A stretch of DNA of 64,000 nucleotides from an uncultured virus (IMG/VR IMGVR_UViG_3300002175_000051) (IMGVR_UViG_3300002175_000051); one strand, 5' to 3'; shown: positions 18,501-27,587, counted from the first letter of the stretch. Notes: generated by a model from the sequence alone, not told the origin. Numbers and translations: made by a program.

Positions 18501-19843
18501 TGGAAGCCTATGTCTAATTTACGGCCGATCTTGTTTAACGATCCTTTTATAAACCCGTCGTCCTTATAAGTAAAATCGCGGAATTCGTTTATATCTATCC
18601 CTTGCAGTTTACGGCTGGCGTCAATGGTTGCCCAGTTCCCGCCCCTGTTTATGTCCCCGGCCTTTATACCGGCGTGGAGCAGGGTTACGTTGCTGTCCAT
18701 CAGTTCGCCGGTCGTTGTGTTATATACGTTTCCGCTTATAAACGCCAATGGGTTCTTCCTAAGGTCTATATTTGCCGCCCCGGCTATAAACCTCTGCTCG
18801 CCGGTAAGGAGCGCAAAATTAGTTTGGTTATGCGCAAGCTTGTCTATATGAAAGAACCGCAGCGGGTTAAAATTAATAAACGGCGTATTAAAATCATAGG
18901 ACGCCGACATCAGCAATTCCTTCATATCGGAAGTAAACCGCCTGGCGTCCAGGACTTCCGTAAAACCCCTGTCTACATATATATTGCTGTCTATTTTAAG
19001 GTGCTTAATGTCGTCCCAATTAAATGTGGGGGTTTTGTTGCTTAACAAAACATTCTCAATATTCTGCCTGAGCGCGCTATATTGGAACGTGCCGGCTTCG
19101 GTGGCATAGCCTTCAAACAGGCGGGCAAGCTTCGGGTCCATTTGGCTTATTTTATTGAACCCGCTGGTCATGCTTACCTGGTTGTCGCCGCTAAGCCTAT
19201 ACACGTCGCCAATTTCCAAATGCCTGTACCCAGTGCGCCTTAGCATTGTTTCGGCCTGTCCGGCCGTCTGGTTATGGATCCTTTGTATGCCGCGGATATA
19301 TTCGTCGTGGAGCTTTGCCTGGACCGCGTCCGAAGCGTTCCTATGTATGTTTTTCGTTAAGTTTTGCGCTGTGTTTATTTGCGTTAAATCGGCCAGAAGC
19401 TCTAAATTCCTGTTTTCCATCGCGTCACGGTTAAAATCAAAAGCTTTCTTGACTTCCGTCCGGATATTTTTAATGTCCTTTAAAGTAGATTTATATATGT
19501 CCGAATGATGGGTGGCGCCTATATTCGAAAAGAACCCTTTTATGCCTTCCTGCCTGAATATGCTTGCCTTTACGTCAGGGTCGAATATGCCTTCCGTATC
19601 GAACCACGACGACAGGCCGGAGCGGACGCTTTTAAAATCCGCGCCATACGAAGCCGCGCTTTTAATCCCGCGCTTCATGATAGGCTCCAGCGCTCCGGAT
19701 TTATAAGCCGCTACACCGAGCAGGGCGGCGGCCGTTATACCTAAGATAACCCCCAGCGTGTTGTCTTTTTCAAACTGCGGGTCTTTTAAATAAGCCTCTT
19801 CGTCAGGGGATCCGGACCCCTTGTATCTGCCTTGCAATGGCAT
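12596..19843 (-). CDS. 2415-aa virion protein in the tape-measure position, with an intein, a PD-(D/E)XK (RecB/Cas4-like) nuclease and an SNase-like domain
   Basis: Follows the tail chaperones and has an N-terminal hydrophobic segment. Nuclease motifs GTKEHE..EGWYDAL..VDLKT..QVNWY. SNase-like DSDM..VKLAGI..KDTYK..VNKMLLDEGYG. Confidence 0.75.
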   Translation of the reverse strand: MPLQGRYKGSGSPDEEAYLKDPQFEKDNTLGVILGITAAALLGVAAYKSGALEPIMKRGIKSAASYGADFKSVRSGLSSWFDTEGIFDPDVKASIFRQEGIKGFFSNIGATHHSDIYKSTLKDIKNIRTEVKKAFDFNRDAMENRNLELLADLTQINTAQNLTKNIHRNASDAVQAKLHDEYIRGIQRIHNQTAGQAETMLRRTGYRHLEIGDVYRLSGDNQVSMTSGFNKISQMDPKLARLFEGYATEAGTFQYSALRQNIENVLLSNKTPTFNWDDIKHLKIDSNIYVDRGFTEVLDARRFTSDMKELLMSASYDFNTPFINFNPLRFFHIDKLAHNQTNFALLTGEQRFIAGAANIDLRKNPLAFISGNVYNTTTGELMDSNVTLLHAGIKAGDINRGGNWATIDASRKLQGIDINEFRDFTYKDDGFIKGSLNKIGRKLDIGFQESRMSGFELDDMTSLPHLITDPIMDRLKFAEQISKRTINQAFSFYDYGRNAPGYAVSNYIGIKKSVTPLDVFRREADLPDLLGQFTAGRRGGIEKAIDKAFGDAMRRSGIRWVKQAGEHFGADNLHNVTTIGLELYSRTTSISNFFAAFGLGFSTKSTGSAQSIVANLLIKRFLPVYLGLKAWDYINFESENFFGKRPENVIADARVNTNLAWHGLKDRIGLTERAKRMNKLMPGFEQISEIPMLGFLDMSKTREEKENYYLYGKDPIRKGRYWGLGNTPFSGGRISYWRDNWYRETKSNWQYTDTLYGSEKEYFKNAWFPTPRYPLAPLNHFIFDRYHYERKHYEDRPYMMTSTFGEEIPFIGPIVAGTVGKIIKPARKMHLEYWQGPNYGAAEEGQPAGRTSPAGRTSGQLSSAGQKPEPIVYVPEIGFVQGAGSIPAGMHGVASPIAKGGRLGIQPGAARSGREYAVLTTKSGGQRLYGSGTVFDLEELNRQIKSKSLEKTKPDAMRLRDPFSEDFFMAGRLDMNMSTIVSGQSPEGQTAMATQRETGEAPMGPGAPTGTSISVYPNNLIQTKAPYGAQHTLSQVYRQWTDMYGMYGFIVSQAAEDPFLKTQTIESATPLGSFKHSFWSRDLGGLGGELSEVFRRFIPKTRYEDQSYNPILNKMPAWLPGDGAFYNFRRGDPYCVSEDTLIDTTHGYIIAKDVKKGDIILTHKGNRMPITNIMKRPLLPNEKAYKFEVAGIDKKIDFIFSEDHPILIKRITGRCSLNSSSICRPHIRNINGFCDTYKYCNPKWHDKVEFIKAKDINPKTDYVVYPIPIYSNFQTEIYYEYLIYGKDKWKPNFINGYLPLNKETAWLIGLYLSEGSTGKKGKDNLPVRLVFSLGSTENDIISKLEEYFKKYFNQNISLDIKNNNTEVIINNAKIARIFDYIIPGNLYDKRVPQILYEAPNDIKREAILAYCLGDGYIEKNRLLIMSSANELLAQDIYRLSMESGIPAQYKKHNQRDCYIVTIHSIHLRNYNLSGLLYKEKLINFDYINNNIPHVESWTDSQYIYSTIKSIKEIDIDYVYGFEVDSDNTFSVMGFVTHNTTIKMGEIRLPGAAYERINNLKDPTLMQIGSSSLGKTKDEIMAHLMNEDDVMPERVLRITEMGTKEHEKFEQELIQSGIAINTEGHIEDRKLRIEGWYDALVFDDSSPTGRAVVDLKTVNQAKFDEVKKTGEAFYEHKAQVNWYLHEMGEKVGYIHYKIRRGEAEKQEETFLNKVGTFMTKRDTQKVTRYLFDDNAGAVTGFFRRLKQEPPEREYTVRFTYDPKLYRETISKLQDARAGVQAKLDSGEITPGDMYPYFDRFKILADVAPYSDEFKFYKSQMSGIQMDEQQKAEYKQILKQVSEQKNPLRLYDYRFKTANITKRDVTITKMLDSDMFLTKELGDTPVKLAGINLLKEDEERTGMIFYAGARLTIGYDPDPINVMNKDTYKTISAVVYRGSVNVNKMLLDEGYGKEREDDYSPASVHARFTPSEIRMGAAMERFSHMDTIFHTKLLQVRSPLESYKRRHLFSKDFQVWDNPIKDYLIPGYESLAVRNPVVGIAIGAWVGSMFGRGSLGKAAGAIVSASAVAVMQGNKALRQRANNERWIPERRQKEREINEYVDMLKYIKAQRLYNYYADQALEQDQFDVREYIRQRREEGQKRKATANALKETKRRIKFGGQKEVNKMAYLEGKESMKGGFLNLFPKPEKEAARNTNKAIDIINNYREIDQLPQNAMRALAYYQQSEQTMQGYDRGDPVENIMAALPKTEKLYFSHFIDAPEEERGEILQLVPRYLRRPLESLWGLPVEDKLDPVKYFMEHQLPGEDWIGWQEQVNMEDVKIKLVKMDESLSRSDFNIWQGDEDAAAQTNIPMPHISYKTKADDVRRRLTELLSREGYMDIAINTLPSHQDDTSMNLKYDQYREIERYIKNKRANLFA
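15230..16441 (-). mobile_element. Intein (404 aa) with LAGLIDADG homing endonuclease
   Basis: Begins CVSEDTLI after GDPY and ends VYGFEVDSDNTFSVMGFVTHN followed by T. Block-B-like FSEDHPIL. LAGLIDADG-like motifs WLIGLYLSEG and ILAYCLGDG. The segment is sharply AT-rich relative to its flanks. Confidence 0.93.
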
Positions 19844-20525
19844 CTATAATCCCCTCGTCTTTCCAGTGGTAGCTGCCTATAAACGGGCGGGGGAGTTCGT
19901 CTTTGCCGCGTCTTTGCAGCCCCCATAATGACGTGATAGGGTCAATGCCTTTTTGTATCAGTTCCCAGCTAACCCTATTTATTTCGTCTGTTTCATTCTG
20001 AATTTTATTTTCTTTTGCGCCTTCTTCTTTATCGTCAACGATGGTAAGGGAGGCGTTTTCTTTTTCTTGGATTTTAGTAAGTATGAATTCGGCGCGCGCA
20101 AGGTATAAAACAAATTTATTGTATGTCCATGTGTTCATGACATCGTATGAGAATTCGGGGAACGCCGATTTTATTATCGCCTTTTGCTGTTCGTCAGGGG
20201 AATTATTCATGATCTGCTGGTATACCAAAAGCTTTTTTTCAAAAAGCTTCCCTTCCAGGTCCGAATTTTCTATGATCAAAGGGAACAGGGTAGCCGAAAG
20301 GCCGCCCATGCCTGTGTTATAATAATCAATATTGTCCGGCGCCAAGGTTGCGAGCTGGCATACGAGGTCTTCAAAATCCATCGTGTTCAGCGCAAGCTCT
20401 TTTAGATCCATGAATTCTTTTTTGGTTATGTCACGGAAAACGAACTCATTATTGCCGAACCTGACATAAAATATCCGATTGTCGGGGTAGGCCATCTTAT
20501 ATTGTTTGCGGAAATTCAAATCCAT
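19803..20525 (-). CDS. Tail assembly chaperone-like protein 2
   Basis: Lies between the tube genes and the giant proteins. Shares FVFR..(K/Y)E..E..C...L.P..G with 21178..21756. Confidence 0.6.
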   Translation of the reverse strand: MDLNFRKQYKMAYPDNRIFYVRFGNNEFVFRDITKKEFMDLKELALNTMDFEDLVCQLATLAPDNIDYYNTGMGGLSATLFPLIIENSDLEGKLFEKKLLVYQQIMNNSPDEQQKAIIKSAFPEFSYDVMNTWTYNKFVLYLARAEFILTKIQEKENASLTIVDDKEEGAKENKIQNETDEINRVSWELIQKGIDPITSLWGLQRRGKDELPRPFIGSYHWKDEGIIDAIARQIQGVRIP

Positions 20526-20531
20526 TTTTAT

Positions 20532-21161
20532 TTAACCTAGCTTTCCGAGCGTATGCGCAATGATTTCTCGTCTATTGCCAAAATCATTAAAGTTTAAAAC
20601 ATCAGGCCATCTTGCGATTATGTAATTTGTTATCTCGTGTATTTTTCGTATATCATCGTGCAGTTCTATTGCAATTATTTTTGTGTTTTCAGAAATAGAA
20701 GCAAAATCATATTCCAACTCTGCGCCTTCTACGTCTATCTTTATAATTTCTGGTTTTATCGTGCTGACTAAATCATTAAACCATATGGTTTCAACCTCGT
20801 AAGAATCGCAGGACATCATATTATTTCTATGATAAATGCCGCTTATTCCAGTATTGTATTGAGTTTCCTCAAAGAACCTAATTATCTTTTTATTCTTGTC
20901 CCCAATTACCGCCTTATTTAAATATTCTATTTTGCTATTGAAATAATGACTAAAAGGCTGATTCATTAAAAAATTGAAATTATTCCTGCCAGCTTCAACC
21001 GCCGTTACATGACTGGCGCCAGACATTAAAGACCTAAAAGTAAAAGCCCCGCTGTTTGCGCCTATGTCTAAAACTTTTTTATTGGCGATAAAACTATATA
21101 TTGATTCATAATGGGATACTTCCTGAAGCATATCAAATTCTGTTTGATGCAAGTAATGCAT
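20532..21161 (-). CDS. FkbM-family SAM-dependent methyltransferase (moron)
   Basis: VLDIGANSG, AVEA and IIKIDVEGAE motifs. AT-rich relative to the flanking genes. Confidence 0.85.
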   Translation of the reverse strand: MHYLHQTEFDMLQEVSHYESIYSFIANKKVLDIGANSGAFTFRSLMSGASHVTAVEAGRNNFNFLMNQPFSHYFNSKIEYLNKAVIGDKNKKIIRFFEETQYNTGISGIYHRNNMMSCDSYEVETIWFNDLVSTIKPEIIKIDVEGAELEYDFASISENTKIIAIELHDDIRKIHEITNYIIARWPDVLNFNDFGNRREIIAHTLGKLG

Positions 21162-21177
21162 AGGATCACCTTGTTTG

Positions 21178-21756
21178 CTATAATTCCGTTATGCTGAACT
21201 CCTTAACGAACCCGCTCTCCTGCATTATGATGTTCGCGTATGTGGCCGGTATCCCGGCGCGGCCGTGGGCCATCGCCTTATGCGTATAGTCGAACGGCCA
21301 TAGCGTGCATGTATTGCATATGGCTTCCTCCCGGCCTGTAGCGGACATATTCATGTTTATTATTTGCTTGTATTCGTAGCGGTTTAAGGTACGGAAAACA
21401 AAATATAAATCGTCTATCTGTGTGACACATACTTTGTATTGTTCCGATACTGGGTATTCAATCTTCCAGTCCTCCACGTCGGACAAAACGGGGCCTCCGG
21501 GGAATATTGCCTCGTTGGATGAATAAACAGGCTCGGGCTCGTTTTCGACCGGCTCGTTGGGCACTTTGTATTCAACTACCTTATCGGGCCTATGCTTAAT
21601 TTTTGGCATTGCTTCCGCTGAGCTTTCATCCGGGTGTTTCTTAAGGCGGCCCATATTGCCTTCATGATCGCCGCCCTCCCCGGCAATTTTCCTTGCCAGA
21701 TCGGAATAATAATCTTCTTTCACCGACATGTCGCTGTCGCTATATAAATTAGGCAT
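21178..21756 (-). CDS. Tail assembly chaperone-like protein 1
   Basis: FVFRTLNRYEY..EEAICNTCTLWP..GIPAT; immediately downstream of the tube paralogs. Confidence 0.6.
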   Translation of the reverse strand: MPNLYSDSDMSVKEDYYSDLARKIAGEGGDHEGNMGRLKKHPDESSAEAMPKIKHRPDKVVEYKVPNEPVENEPEPVYSSNEAIFPGGPVLSDVEDWKIEYPVSEQYKVCVTQIDDLYFVFRTLNRYEYKQIINMNMSATGREEAICNTCTLWPFDYTHKAMAHGRAGIPATYANIIMQESGFVKEFSITEL

Positions 21757-21766
21757 TTTATTTCCC

Positions 21767-22540
21767 CTATATAAGATCTTTGGCTATAAATTCGTATTTT
21801 TCGTATACGGTGTCATTAAACGATATTGTTTTGTCATGGCCCCTTAAATGTATCCCGGATATGGCCTCTACGCCGCGCAGCAGCACGTCGTTAATGGAAT
21901 TGTCCGGGGTAAAGGTAGAATTGGCGTAAACCTCGGCTATGTCCTGGGTAGTGCGCACGCCATAGCTTACGTATATATCGAAACCGTGCTGTATAAGCCT
22001 CACGCGGTCCAAGTCGGTTAAGCCGTCAGGGATATACGCCGGGATATTTTTCCTTTCCATATCTGCCGTTTCCGTAACGGCGTCGTCGTCAAAAATGCCC
22101 CTTGCGGATAAATACGATAGGGCCAAATCATTCGGCGCGCCTATTTGGCCGGAGGGGGCCGTGCTTCCTCCGCCGCTTTCTTCGGGAGCGGCCAGGAAAT
22201 TATATAGATAATTTTTCTTTAAAAACGGAATTAAAAATTCGCCGACAATTATCCGGTTCCCGACTGCCATTTTATCGTAGGTATAGCTTTTATACCCGTA
22301 TATCGGCTTCAGGTTCTGGCGCAGGGAAAAGAATATGTTTGAAACGTCTACTATGTGGCGGTTGTTGATATAAATGCTTGTGTCGCACCCGGAGAAATAA
22401 AGATCGGGGACAAAAAAAATATCCGAGTCCCGGTCCTTCCAGCGCTTGTATGTATGCAGGCGGCTTTGTTTATACTGCGTCATATTGTTGGTTGTATTAT
22501 CCGGAGATCCGCCGCCACCGGCGCCGGCAACAAAGGCCAT
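21767..22540 (-). CDS. Tail tube-like protein, paralog 3
   Basis: FSGCD..PIYGY..GNRIIVG..FDI..FIAKD pattern shared with the other two paralogs. Start moved to the ATG after AAAGGGG. Confidence 0.65.
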   Translation of the reverse strand: MAFVAGAGGGGSPDNTTNNMTQYKQSRLHTYKRWKDRDSDIFFVPDLYFSGCDTSIYINNRHIVDVSNIFFSLRQNLKPIYGYKSYTYDKMAVGNRIIVGEFLIPFLKKNYLYNFLAAPEESGGGSTAPSGQIGAPNDLALSYLSARGIFDDDAVTETADMERKNIPAYIPDGLTDLDRVRLIQHGFDIYVSYGVRTTQDIAEVYANSTFTPDNSINDVLLRGVEAISGIHLRGHDKTISFNDTVYEKYEFIAKDLI

Positions 22541-22559
22541 AACAAAGGCCCCCTTTCTT

Positions 22560-23450
22560 TTAATAACTAAGCAGAGCATCAATGGTTATTTGAATATTAT
22601 TTATTTTTGATTTTTTTATTTCTTGGCTGCGGGTTAAAGCAAGCCCGTATTTATCGGCGTTGTCAAATGATATTGATTGCAATATGTTCCCGGGTTTTTT
22701 AAATACAATTTCATTTTCATAATAATCGCAGTCAATTTTAAAATAGTTTAAAACATATTCTAAAGTGGCGCCGTTATCCGGGAACGGCAATGATAACGAT
22801 GGCCTAAAAATATTGTAATCGTCGTCGGAGATATGGTCTTGTTCGAATATAAATACATCTTCCAAGCCGACGCCGGTCATAGGGTCATAACTCGCAAAAG
22901 GTTTTACGTCCCTTGCCAGATACGAAGTCTGGGTCTCCGTAATGATGTCATTGATAGAGACAATCCCCGCCTCGTCAGTAAAGGTTACATTGTCTAAAGT
23001 CATGTGTGACGCAGCCCCGTATTCATTAGCTGCTATGATGATTAAGTTGAATGGCGGCAGCTCGTCTAAACGCCAATTACGCCTGTCCCTCGGTATAGAC
23101 TCATGCAAAAGGGCTTCAAATTCTTTCACGATATTTTGATCTATCATAGAAAAAAACATGCTGCCCGCTACAAATGAGGGGCCTTTGGTAAACCCGCGGA
23201 TTTTATTTTTACCCAGTACGTTTACGGGCTGCGTGCTTCTTCTTATGGAATAACTGACAGTAGTTATCTGCCCCATAAGTTTTGGGATAAACCCTCTTAT
23301 ATGAATAAAACATAATGCGTCGCTTCCGGAAAACGTCCTGTAAGACTGCGAAATACTACGCGACGGAAACCGGTTCATAAATTGCTGATCCTGCCAATAT
23401 TGCCCTTCTTCCGGATTTGTTGTTTCAGACCGTAAAGGCATAAAAACCAC
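22560..23450 (-). CDS. Tail tube-like protein, paralog 2
   Basis: FSGSD..SYSI.R..PV..LG..KG...AGS..LPPFNL...ANEYG..SYLAR, collinear with 26350..27519. Confidence 0.7.
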   Translation of the reverse strand: MVFMPLRSETTNPEEGQYWQDQQFMNRFPSRSISQSYRTFSGSDALCFIHIRGFIPKLMGQITTVSYSIRRSTQPVNVLGKNKIRGFTKGPSFVAGSMFFSMIDQNIVKEFEALLHESIPRDRRNWRLDELPPFNLIIIAANEYGAASHMTLDNVTFTDEAGIVSINDIITETQTSYLARDVKPFASYDPMTGVGLEDVFIFEQDHISDDDYNIFRPSLSLPFPDNGATLEYVLNYFKIDCDYYENEIVFKKPGNILQSISFDNADKYGLALTRSQEIKKSKINNIQITIDALLSY

Positions 23451-23708
23451 CTGCTTCTTAAAATTCTATATACTATATATTTGTCTTAATGATATAAGCA
23501 GCAAGCCTAGAAAAACTGTAATATTAATAAACAGCCTTGAGGTTGCAGGCAATTTATTTTTTATTTATAATATATTTCATAAAAATACAAAATCAGGCGT
23601 GATTATCATGATTTTTTTTAATTACTAAAGACAGGGCTGTTTTTTGACGAATTTTTTACAGCGACGATATGAAAATCGAAGTGGCCATATTTTGAGGGGG
23701 TTTGGATT

Positions 23709-26240
23709 ATAACTAGCAATCTGTGTTTAAACAACCCAGATTATTTAATCCGACCGCGTATCAATGCGCTCCTTGCTTCCGCTGTTAAAAAGCCGCTCAC
23801 AATCGTTTGTGCTGGGGCAGGATATGGAAAAACGCTTGCAGTATCTGATTTCACTAAATTGTCCGGAATCCGTACCGTCTGGTTGCAGTTAACGAAGCAG
23901 GATAATGTCGGAACACGTTTCTGGGAGAAATACATCACTAATGTATCGCAGGTTGTCGATTTATCCATCGCGGATATCAAGAAACTAGGTTTCCCTGATA
24001 CCGAAGATAAATTTGGCATGTTTGTTTGCCTGCGGAATCACCGCCTGCCAAACCGTCATTTTTTGTTTGTGATAGACGATGTTCATTTAATAACCGACAC
24101 CGGTGTACTATTTTTCGTAGAAAAGCTCATACATAACATCCCAGGAAATATTTCATTAATCTTGATATGCAGGGAAATGCCAAAAATCGTTTTTACAGAC
24201 CTAGCGGCAAATAATAGCTTGACTTATGTTAATGAAAAGGAACTGAAATTTACTGAAAATGAAATAGCCCAATATCTGCTGCAACAAGGATTACAGATTG
24301 ATCCGAAAACCATACGGCAAATTTGTCAAGACACGGCCGGTTGGGCGTTTTCGCTCAACCTTGTAATGAATTCATTGCAAAAAATGCCCAGGTACGTGGG
24401 CTATGTTCAAATGGCCGTAAAACAAAATGTCTTTAAACTGATGGAGTCTGTGGCATGGGTTGAGGTTTCCGAGCGGCTACGAAATTTTATGCTTCGCATT
24501 TCCCTGATTGATCACCTTTCCGCGAATTTGGTCTACATTTTGGCCGACGGGAATGACAGCCTTATAGATGAGTTGAAGAAACAAAACGCTTACATCCGTT
24601 TCGACAGCTATACAAACTCATATTTAATCCATCATTTGTTCCTTGATTTTTTGCATACCAAACTAGAACTCCTGAATCCCGATGAAAAGCTTGGGACATA
24701 TAAAATTGCAGCGGATTGGTGTCGGCATAATGGGTTTATAGTAGATGCCCTGGATTATTACGAAAGGGTAGGGGATTATGGATCGATTGTATCCATTTTT
24801 ATAGAATCCCTCCTATATATACCGAATGATATCGCACAACGCGCTTTGGGGATTTTCGAGCGCGCCCCTTCGGATACTTTCGCCCATATAAAATACTTTG
24901 CTGTCATGCATCTGGACACAGTTATTAGCGCAGGGCTTTGGCAGGAGTTTTACAGATTGGCGGAATATTACGAGCAAATGTTCCTAACACTGCCCGTTGA
25001 CAGTGATTTCAAAAATCATTCGCTGGGAGGATTATACCTATACTGGGGGCTCATACGGGTATTGATGTGTACGATTGAGGATATTTATGATTACGATGTG
25101 TATTATGGCAAGATGGCAGATTGCTTTATCGAAATCCCTCCGGAACTTATTAATAGGGTACAGGCTATCCTGATACCATGGTTAAATCTGACGGGTTCAG
25201 CCAGAAAAGGCTCGCTGATGGAATTCGTGGAGGCCATGGCCAGGACAGTGAATCATTTTGCGCGCTGCTCTGACATCATAACGGGACATGCCGATTTAAC
25301 TTTGGGCGAGCTGTTATTTTACAAGGACGACGTTAATGCTGCGGAACACTTGTTCGCTAAGGTTTTGAATTATGCGCGTAAAAACCGGCAGTTTCAAGTC
25401 GTGTACTATGCGTTATTCTATATCGTGCGAATAGCGGTATCGCAAGGAAACCGAGATAAAGCGGAACAAGCGTTAAGTGAAATGGAAACACAGCTTATTG
25501 AAGAAAATTACCCCCAGAGTTTTTACAACTATGATATTGCCATTGGGTGGTATTATTATGTTCTTCATCAGCCGGAGAGGCTGCCGGACTGGCTCAAGGA
25601 AAAATTCGCGCCGTACAGCCACGCATATTTTGCCGCCAATTTTGGGAACCACATGAAAGCCCGGTATCATTACCTGACGAAAAACTACGTACCCCTTTTA
25701 GAATATATCAATGGGGTAAAACAGCGTGAATCGATTCTGTACGGCCGCGTGGAATTGCTGGCAATGGAAGCCAGCGTTTACTATCAAAAAAAAGATAAAA
25801 CGGCGGCATTCGCCGCGCTGAGGGATGCTTATGAAACGGCGTACCCCAATGATATTTTGATGCCTTTTATAGAACTGGGTAGTGATATGCGTAACCTTGC
25901 CTTAGCTGCACTGCGTAAAGCGGACATTAATATTCCGCGGGAATGGCTAGAGACGGTTAGGCGCAGATCCGCCACCTACGCTAAAAATCATTCGTTATTG
26001 CTAACCGATTATGCGAAGGCCAGCGGCAAAAACGACGGCACGGTTTTGTCTGCCCGCGAAAATGATGTTCTTATTGATCTTTACAAAGGGTTTAACCGCC
26101 AGGAAATTGCCGCGAATAAGCACCTGTCGCTTAATACGATTAATTCTGTTATCAGCAGCATTTTTAATAAGCTGGGCGCTCAAAGCATAGTCGATGTCAT
26201 CCGAATCGCGACAGAGCGGAATTTGCTAAAAAAGGGGTAG
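23709..26240 (+). CDS. MalT-like STAND ATPase/LuxR transcriptional regulator, antisense insertion in the tail operon
   Basis: Walker A GAGYGKT at ~23813-23834, upstream of the track start. Walker B FVIDDVH, TAGW and HHLF motifs, a helical region, and a C-terminal LuxR HTH (LSARE..G...QEIA...LSLNT..IFNKLG). Confidence 0.9.
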   Translation: MTSNLCLNNPDYLIRPRINALLASAVKKPLTIVCAGAGYGKTLAVSDFTKLSGIRTVWLQLTKQDNVGTRFWEKYITNVSQVVDLSIADIKKLGFPDTEDKFGMFVCLRNHRLPNRHFLFVIDDVHLITDTGVLFFVEKLIHNIPGNISLILICREMPKIVFTDLAANNSLTYVNEKELKFTENEIAQYLLQQGLQIDPKTIRQICQDTAGWAFSLNLVMNSLQKMPRYVGYVQMAVKQNVFKLMESVAWVEVSERLRNFMLRISLIDHLSANLVYILADGNDSLIDELKKQNAYIRFDSYTNSYLIHHLFLDFLHTKLELLNPDEKLGTYKIAADWCRHNGFIVDALDYYERVGDYGSIVSIFIESLLYIPNDIAQRALGIFERAPSDTFAHIKYFAVMHLDTVISAGLWQEFYRLAEYYEQMFLTLPVDSDFKNHSLGGLYLYWGLIRVLMCTIEDIYDYDVYYGKMADCFIEIPPELINRVQAILIPWLNLTGSARKGSLMEFVEAMARTVNHFARCSDIITGHADLTLGELLFYKDDVNAAEHLFAKVLNYARKNRQFQVVYYALFYIVRIAVSQGNRDKAEQALSEMETQLIEENYPQSFYNYDIAIGWYYYVLHQPERLPDWLKEKFAPYSHAYFAANFGNHMKARYHYLTKNYVPLLEYINGVKQRESILYGRVELLAMEASVYYQKKDKTAAFAALRDAYETAYPNDILMPFIELGSDMRNLALAALRKADINIPREWLETVRRRSATYAKNHSLLLTDYAKASGKNDGTVLSARENDVLIDLYKGFNRQEIAANKHLSLNTINSVISSIFNKLGAQSIVDVIRIATERNLLKKG

Positions 26241-26261
26241 ATTCTGATCTATAAACCAGGG

Positions 26262-26314
26262 AAATATAAAAAACAAGCTGAAACATGCTTAAATTCGGCT
26301 TGTTTTTTATATTT
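26262..26314. terminator. Bidirectional intrinsic terminator between convergent genes
   Basis: Inverted repeat AAATATAAAAAACAAGCTGAA...TTCGGCTTGTTTTTTATATTT. Confidence 0.8.
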
Positions 26315-26349
26315 ATCGTATAATTAGACCAATGAACGCATATCAGACA

Positions 26350-27519
26350 TTAAGGGAGCTGGATATAGCTGTCCCCAGCCGGGCCGCGGTATCCATAGTT
26401 GGACGAAAAGCCGGGATCCACCACCGGCGGAATACCCTTAACCATTCCGCCAGATTCACGGGTATACACTCCGCGGGTAAGAGGGGAGACGCGCCTGGCT
26501 ATGTACGAAAACTGCTGTTCCATGACGACCGTGTCCACGGAAACGCCGGATCCCTCGTTTAATATGTCGCAGTCGTATATCTTTTTGAACGCGCACTGAC
26601 CATATTCATTGGCGAAGGTTAAAGTAATATCAAATGGCGGGATGATATCAGCATAGGTCACGTTCTGCCCGCGGATGGCCGCGAATCCCTGTGGGACCTT
26701 GATTGCCGCGTTAGAAGCCTCCCATGTGTCGTTGCGCCAGTTCCATCTATTATTGGAGCCGCTGGTTGTAACAAGCTGCTTGAGTTCCGTATCGCCGGAG
26801 AAACCAGCCATAAAGCCGGTAACGGCGTCTTGGTTGGGCCCTGCCTGTATATGCGTCACAAGCTCGTCCATTACTTGCAAAAACGATTTGCCGCCCTGGG
26901 AAGGGCTGATATTGGTGCCTACGGCCTGTGAGCCGGGATCCATGTAGATAGTGCGCATCCAGTCCCATAGCGCCGAATTGAGCTTTAGTTGCTCAATGCC
27001 GGCAGTAATCTCGCCGGAGTCCATGTTATGCACGCCGACAAGGATCCTGTCGAATGCCTGGCGCTCATTGATGGTAATCCGGCCGTTTTGGTTCTGGTTT
27101 ATATAGGCATAGAAGACATTCAAAATCCCGGAAAACTCATTGTAGTTTATAAACGACAGCTCGCCGGCCGCGTTCCAGCGCGCCATATCCATAGCCCTTT
27201 GAAAATCCTCGCTGTTTACAAGCGCTAGGTTCCCGGCCGCGGTAAACATGGCGGGCGGCGCTATGATATGCCATACTTCTTTCATTGCCTGCAATAACGC
27301 GTCATGGTCGAACGCGGCAAATATCAGGGAGCCGCCGACTGCCCTCTTGCCCCTGGAAATGGAGCGGGCGTCCGGGGAACCTAAGGTGAAAACTGGAACT
27401 TTTTCCCTTTGTATCCCCCACGATATCTGCTGGCAGTTCCCTAAAACTTTGTTTGCAAAAGACACCACAAGGTCTGATCCGGAGAAGCTGGACAATGTAT
27501 GTATATAGCTACTTGGCAT
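26350..27519 (-). CDS. Tail tube protein, paralog 1, with a central insertion
   Basis: Directly after the sheath gene; SFSGSD..REKVPVFTLG..RGKRAVGGS..PPFDITLTFANEYG..FSYIAR. Confidence 0.75.
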   Translation of the reverse strand: MPSSYIHTLSSFSGSDLVVSFANKVLGNCQQISWGIQREKVPVFTLGSPDARSISRGKRAVGGSLIFAAFDHDALLQAMKEVWHIIAPPAMFTAAGNLALVNSEDFQRAMDMARWNAAGELSFINYNEFSGILNVFYAYINQNQNGRITINERQAFDRILVGVHNMDSGEITAGIEQLKLNSALWDWMRTIYMDPGSQAVGTNISPSQGGKSFLQVMDELVTHIQAGPNQDAVTGFMAGFSGDTELKQLVTTSGSNNRWNWRNDTWEASNAAIKVPQGFAAIRGQNVTYADIIPPFDITLTFANEYGQCAFKKIYDCDILNEGSGVSVDTVVMEQQFSYIARRVSPLTRGVYTRESGGMVKGIPPVVDPGFSSNYGYRGPAGDSYIQLP

Positions 27520-27550
27520 TCTATTTTCACTCCTTATTTTTTAGGGTAAA

Positions 27551-27579
27551 CCGGGCTAACACGACTGTGTTCAGCCCGG
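27551..27579. other. Intergenic hairpin between sheath and tube genes
   Basis: CCGGGCT-AACAC-GACT-GTGTT-C-AGCCCGG. Confidence 0.55.
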
Positions 27580-27587
27580 CTATTTTA

